Below are positions 33,078 to 38,835 of a DNA stretch of 38,835 bases, one piece after another. Source of the stretch: Geosiphon pyriformis uo1 (Eukaryota > Fungi > Glomeromycota); the NCBI GenBank assembly GCA_016748015.1, contig JAAOMT010000454.1, forward strand, positions 5,441 to 44,275, given 5' to 3'. The position numbers and the translations under genes are program-made. The notes beneath the pieces are model-generated. The model saw nothing but the letters and a program-made list of their open reading frames with translations. It searched no databases and was not told where the DNA came from. How positions within the stretch are numbered: position 1 is the first letter of the stretch; every line of letters begins with the position of its first letter.

Positions 33078-35030
33078 TGTTAAAAATAAACTTGGTAAGA
33101 TGTTGTAATAACATTTGGTGTTTTAAATTAGATAATAAAGAACTTAAAATTTTTATTTTAAATACTTAAAATAAGTTGGTAATATTAGTCTTTAAAAAAT
33201 TTTTGCTAATTTTATCTGTGGAGTTTTTTAGTTATAAGGCACAAAAAAATGTTTGGCTGTTTGTGGCTTAAATATATAAGCTATTTTTTCCAAACTAGTC
33301 AAGTCCAGTTACTAAAATCTGGCAGTGTTTTTTTACTTTTCTGATAAGTTAATAAAATAATGTAAATATCCAATCTTAAGGAGAACTTCTCTTTTTTACC
33401 AGACTATCATAAAGTTTATTTTTAGACAATTAATTTTACAATGTTGTTACTCCACAAGAAAATATAAAAAAAAATAAAAATAAAAAAATAAAATAAAATA
33501 AATTAGTATTATTAATTATCATTATTACCAGTGAAATTTCAATTGTAAAATTAGCATAAAATTACTCTTATAAGTTTTATTATTAATTAGTATATATTAA
33601 TACTATTTCAATTATTACTTATTACTTAATTAAATTATTAAATATTACTATTTAATTAATAATCTAATTTGTATAATAGAAATTAGAATAATTAAATTAC
33701 ATAATATTTCGAATTATATAACATTCAAAAATTTGCCAAAATAATAAATAGTTTACTAAAATAGTTAATAGTTTGATAAAATAACTTGTGATTTATTAAA
33801 ATATATTTCTAATTTAACAAAATTATAGCAAAAAAAAAGTTTAAGTTTATAAATTAATATTATAATAAGTTGTATAAAAGAAGAACTTTTCTCTTTAAAA
33901 AAATGTATCTTACTATACATATTTTATTTTTTTCAGAATTATTTTACAAATACAAATTCAAAATAAAAATATATTTTAAAAATCAATTCTTGAAATAATT
34001 ACACTCAAAATTTCCCAAAACTCAACTAATAGTTTGAAACTAATTAGCTATTAATTTTAGTAAAAACCACTAATTACTCCAGATCTGAATTAGAAAACAA
34101 TTCTTTTAACAAAATTTTATTTTTTTTACATTTCTTTTATTTCCTTTTTTTTTCTTATTATAATTATTAAGATAGTTTACAGATGAAATTTTAGTAGAAT
34201 AGTTAACTTTTATAGCAAAATAACTACATATTTTAGTAAGCTTTTAAATAAACAATTTCTTGAAAAGAGTTAATGTTTACTACAACATAACTATACAAAA
34301 TAACTGGCATAAAATTGGCCATTTTACTTATAAGTCTAGCAGTTTAAATTATAAGAGATAATTTAAAGATAAATTCAGTTATCAAAAATTCAACTACTTT
34401 TAGAAACGTAAATTTATAACAAACAGGCATTAATAATATACAAAAAAAAAACCAAAAACTTCTAGTAACATTATAATTAAGAGCAATTAGTTCAAGTTTT
34501 TATTGTTCAAAATGTTTTATGTTAAGAGCATCTGGCTAAAAATAAAAATAAGAGAACAATTTATTTAGTTTAAGCATAAAATTTGTGAATTATATATAAG
34601 TAAGTTTGAGATTTTGAATATTTTCTTTATTTAAAATACTATAAATATATAAATAAGATAGATTTAATAAATATAAGTAAAAAGATATATTTTCTATTTT
34701 GTTTCTTTTGTTTGTTTATCTGTCTTTTTTTTCTGTTATAACTATTTATTTTTATACATATTTCTAGTTTTATAAGATTGCTTTTGATTATTTTTTATTA
34801 TTAACTATTGCTTGCTATTTCTGTTATTGCTTTGTTTTTTTATATTATAATTAATTATTTTATGTTATGGCTAGTTATTCTGTGCTATTTTATATTATTA
34901 TGTGTTATCTTATATTATCTTAAATTATAATGCATTATTCTGTATTATTATGTTTTTCTAAGTTATCATATTTTTTAATTACATTTTTTTTAATAGATTT
35001 TTTTGGATTGGTTTTTTTACTTAGGTAATA
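33078..35030 (-). repeat. 5' LTR of Gypsy B, interrupted by solo LTR A2
   Basis: Matches 24173-25170 on both sides of the insertion. Confidence 0.88.
33523..34470. mobile_element. Solo LTR, family A, copy 2 (948 bp), opposite orientation to copy 1
   Basis: T(G>A)TTACCAG...CTAGTAACA termini. TSD TCAT/TTAT at 33519-33522 and 34471-34474. The empty site is visible in the other LTR near 24620. Confidence 0.88.
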
Positions 35031-35034
35031 GTAA

Positions 35035-35598
35035 TTAGTTTATTAAGTTTTTTGACAATATATAGAAACAGAATTAATAAAGTAATAATTAATTTTGGAC
35101 TTTTAAATAGTTATAGAGTACATAATAGATTAAATTAAGATAAAGTTTTTTCTTTTTTTTTTAGAAAATTTTCTATGATCTTCTTTTGTGTAAAGTTAAG
35201 AGATATAAACACTTGTGTAAATATTGAATTAATACTAAATTTGTGGTCAAGACTGGCAAAATTAAAGATAATGAAGGAAAGACATTATTTTTTACTGTTA
35301 GTGCTTTGTTGATAACACAATTTGGGTTAAGAATTATCAAACTTCTATGCAGTATATTTTAAATATTACTAGTAAGTTTTTTAATATTAATAATATTTCA
35401 ATTAATAATAAAAAAATAGTTGTTATTTCTATTAACCAAAGTATTAAAACTGCTTTGCTAATAATTAGTAACTTGTTTATTTTGATTGTTAAAAAAGATA
35501 AATTGTATAAGTGCTTGAAAATATTTTTATTAACTAAAAATTTTTCTAAGTCTAATATAGCTTAAGCTTATACTAATGTCAGGTTTTTTTTAATGTAA
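35035..35598 (+). mobile_element. LINE-C segment 4 (RT core)
   Basis: FIKFFDNI...YRVHNRLN*DKVFS (QG..SP), IFYDLLLCKVKR, FVDNTIWV (AFVDD), YKCLKIFLLTKNFSK. Homologous to LINE-B 10480-10770. Confidence 0.82.
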
Positions 35599-36509
35599 TG
35601 TTATTCATAGAATATAGGAAGTATATTAGCATATAAATTAGCCAATCAGAAGTAGTTATAGTAAATATGAAGTTCCAGAATTCCTCTCAAAAAAATTACA
35701 GAATTCCAGGAATTTCAGGATTCTTATATAAAGAATTACAGAATTCCAAAATTCCAAAATTTCTCTCAAAAGAAATTGCAGAATTCCAAAAATTCCAGGA
35801 TTTTTGGTGTAAGAAATTAAGAAATTGAGGAATCTCAATTATGTATATATAGCAGTAGTATTAGAAGTAGAAAAAACAGACCTCTTCATTTAAATTTGAT
35901 TTAAACAACCTTCCATATTACAAATATCAATAAATAATTATTCACTATCTCAACCTACACTTTACTATTAACTTTTCATGTTGATAGTAACTAATATGTG
36001 AACCACACTAGAACAATAACTCTTGATTATGACTATTGACAAGGTACTAACTTGCAAAATTGTCTTGGCTTATTTTCTTTAGTTCCTTTGTCTTTTTTTT
36101 TATTTTTTTTTATTTTTTTTTCTTTCTGTTATTTTATTTTTGTTTATTTTGTTAGTACTAAAAATTGATTAAAAATTAAGTACTGAATTATTGACGTCAA
36201 AGATAGCCTGATAAAAGACTTCAAAGAAAAGGTATAAAATTAAGAATTTAAAGATAGCTTACCAGAAGGGCATCTTTGCCAAATTACCAGCCACCATGCT
36301 AAGAAAAAATTGGATGGAATTGTAATTTTAAGAGGCTACTGAAACACTATTGAATCTCTGTCTATTATACAAAAAACTCTATCAAAACTTTCAGAATCAC
36401 ACATTTTTAGAAATTATACTTTTGGAACTTACCAACATTAATATATTAATTGAACACCAAGTTACAGATTTTTTATTTGATTTGAGATCCCAAATAATTA
36501 CTTGTAACA
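35599..36509 (+). repeat. 5' LTR (911 bp), family C/D
   Basis: Reverse-complement homologue of 16406-17261. Confidence 0.9.
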
Positions 36510-36539
36510 TTTGGTGCTTTCTGTGAAGTATAATCCTAC

Positions 36540-38280
36540 AAAGAACTAACACCAACACACAACCTTCCAAAAGTGGCAAAACCAGAAAGAATAGAAACAA
36601 ACCATTTAGAATTTGCCAAATCTTTGTTTTAACATTACTGTCAACACTTAGGATTAACCAACAATTACCTATCAGCAAAATCAATTTTCAATTTTTACAT
36701 CAACAAGAGAATTTTATATTTGCTAAGAGTACTAATAGAAACCAATTCAGCCAGAAGAAATTTCTACAATAAATTAATTCAAAATACCAGCCTACTAGCA
36801 AATTATAATTTTACAGCAATCTTCACTGAAATCAATAAAGAAATTGAACATTACACTCAATAAAAATACCCAATTACTTATGCAAACAAAGACAAAAAAA
36901 AACTACAAACACTAGCAATAATACCCAAAGAATACAACCATCTACTTAAAAAAAAGCAAGAATAGGATTCCCAACTAATTCATCATATCATTATAAATCT
37001 GGAAGTGCTATTAACATCTCATTAGCAGGCACATCTACATTAAACACAACATCAATATTTGGACAACTTCTATTTCAAAGTAAATAAAAGAAAGCTGAAT
37101 TACTAGGAACCTATGGTGATTACTTTGAAGAATTTAAATTGTGATTGCTGATGCCATCAGGATTTTGATCACCACTACCTCTACCAGATTTTGGAACCAT
37201 AAGTCTTTAGAAATTAATGGAATTAAAAAAAGAGAAAAATAATAATTAGGAATTTAATTATCAAATCCTGATTATCAAGAACTCCGAAATCAAAACCCTG
37301 AATGTTCAAACTCAACAAAACCCAATTTTAAAAAATCTGGAAATTGAAACCCCAAATTTTCAAACTCCACAAAATCAGACTGATCCAAATCCTGACATTA
37401 ATAATTAACAACACTTACCTCCAGTAATTACTATCAATCTACTATTAGCTGCCATACTACACTAGTTACCACTACCACCTTAAATTCAATTATCATTACA
37501 ATAACAATTTAACTTGGATCTAATGATCTACACTCTAATAACAAAGCTCAAAAAGTTCACAAACAAAGAAGATGATGCCCAAGTATAACTGAATAATGTT
37601 GAAAAAGCCATTGCAATCAACAGGTGGAATGACACCAGAGTCATACAAGTCATTTTATATTTCCTTCAGGATACCACTAACTTGTGGTATTAAAGCTTGT
37701 TCAACAAACTTCAGGATTTCAATACATTCAAGCTTGTATTCTTACAATATTTCAGCAATAATAATAGTATTAATTGCTTAGCCAATACTTTTACTACCAT
37801 TAAGCAAGGAAAAAATGAAGCAGTCACTACTTATTTAGGACACTTCTACAGAAATCTGTGTCAAATTCAGACCATACAGACTGATTATTTCACAGCACCA
37901 CAAATCTTAAACCAATTCATTAGAGGTCTGCACAGTAATATTCTCCAATGCATATGTTCACTGCACTCAGCAGATCTTTAAGCTGCCATTACAAACACCA
38001 GAGATTTTGAAGCAACTGAACTTGAAGCCAACCATGCCCAAGCTGTAAATCTAGTAATGAACAGATCATCTGATTTGAATTCCAAATTAAAGCAATTCAG
38101 TGAATCAATCAATCAAAAATTAGAGAGATATTTAGCTAACAATCAGCAGGCAATTTATTAATCTCCTCAATAATGCAATAATTAAGAAAACTCCAATTGT
38201 GTCCAACATCAATTATGTTTAGTCTCATTAATCAATCAACAGTGGCAATCAAAAATACATGTTTATGACTATTGTAGTAA
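36540..38280 (+). pseudogene. gag: Gag of Gypsy D
   Basis: FLQYFSNNNSINCLANTFTTIKQGKNEAVTTYLGHF...QILNQFIRGL; ELEANHAQAVNLVMN. Truncated in the knuckle. Confidence 0.85.
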
Positions 38281-38281
38281 A

Positions 38282-38730
38282 TATAAATAGACAGAGACTC
38301 AGCAAAAAACTTTTAATATATTAAGAAAAAAGCTTATTCAAGCTCTAGTACTAATCTATTCAGATCATAAGAAGCCATTTATAATCACAACTGATGTGCA
38401 TGATCAAGCATTAAAAGTGATATTATCTCAGAAAAAACTGGATGGACAAAAACATCCAGTAGCTTACACCAGCAAAAGCTTAAGTTTAGCTGAAAAAACT
38501 ATGGAACTTCAACACTAAAACACTTAGCTATCTATTGGGCTGTCATCAAATAGAAAGAATACTTGAGTTAAAAGTTTAATGTATACACTGATTATAAAAG
38601 ATTGACTTCAATCCAGAAGCAAAAATTTGGAGACAATTACCATACCAGATAGAAAATAGAACTTTTACCATTTAATTATACAGTACACTACAAAAAAAGA
38701 AAAAAAAATGGAAATGCCAATGGTTTGTTG
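38282..38730 (+). pseudogene. Gypsy RT connection and RNase H
   Basis: YK*TETQQKTFNILRKKLIQALVLIYSDHKKPFIITTDV...HPVAYTSKSL...VYTDYK...GNANGL. Confidence 0.85.
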
Positions 38731-38835
38731 TAAATGAAGCAAATCTAAAAACATTTCAACCCAAAAATATAACAAAAGATGAATATACAAAAATATCAAC
38801 AACTCTAATATTATATAAATATCCAATTGTTTAAG

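Larger units (their letters stand above)
24173..35030 (-). mobile_element. Full-length degenerate Ty3/Gypsy (family B): gag, PR, Cys-rich region, dUTPase, RT, RNase H, IN, extra 3' region
   Basis: LTRs 24173-25170 and 33078-35030 (the latter holds a solo LTR). 4-bp TSD GTAA at 24169-24172 and 35031-35034. PBS and PPT present. RT-RH-IN order is Gypsy-type. Confidence 0.9.
35599..38835 (+). mobile_element. Gypsy family C/D copy D with internal deletion; runs off the window end
   Basis: LTR 35599-36509 (TGTTA...TAACA), PBS TGGTGCTTTCTGTGAAG at 36512-36528, gag ~36540-38280, then directly the RT-RNase H connection and RNase H. Confidence 0.9.

Noticed and set aside
23045-34470. ~950-bp inverted repeats as termini of one large TIR or DIRS-like element
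   Set aside because: Each repeat has its own TG..CA LTR ends. A2 has its own TSD inside the Gypsy B LTR, and the LINE and Gypsy sequences run through the boundaries uninverted.
24169-35598. GTAA as a specific integration target (TSD of Gypsy B and left flank of Gypsy D)
   Set aside because: Other TSDs are ATGG and TYAT, and a 4-mer match in AT-eroded DNA is weak evidence.
35670-35835. CRISPR-like array
   Set aside because: Short irregular tandem units without unique spacers, within a eukaryotic LTR.

Overview
This is an extremely AT-rich eukaryotic window made almost entirely of nested, mutationally eroded transposable elements. I found no intact host gene, RNA gene or CRISPR array. The element families resemble those I recall from Glomeromycotina fungi, especially Geosiphon pyriformis; that assignment is inference and was not searched. 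Contents in order: a Gypsy gag-leader fragment (1-362); a 5'-truncated RNase H-bearing LINE with poly(A) (363-2136); an ORF1-only non-LTR element (~2285-4549), with a second 5'-truncated copy at 11119-11417; a short LINE 3' end (5621-5820); an intron-containing pogo/Tigger DNA transposon (6032-8241), whose right TIR was hit by a second LINE (8244-10771, minus). An old LINE starting at ~11.9 kb has been split by four insertions: (i) a pogo/Tigger element (12986-20499) carrying captured gene fragments, including a TilS/PP-loop-like exon, plus an internally deleted Gypsy; (ii) a solo LTR (23045-24003); (iii) a full-length dUTPase-encoding Gypsy (24173-35030) that itself holds a second solo LTR; (iv) another deleted Gypsy (35599-end). 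The most interesting signals are a HAL1-like ORF1-only retroelement family, a multi-hairpin 3' RNA starting exactly 9 nt after the stop codon in all five non-LTR 3' ends, gene capture by a pogo element, and pervasive C>T/G>A hypermutation.
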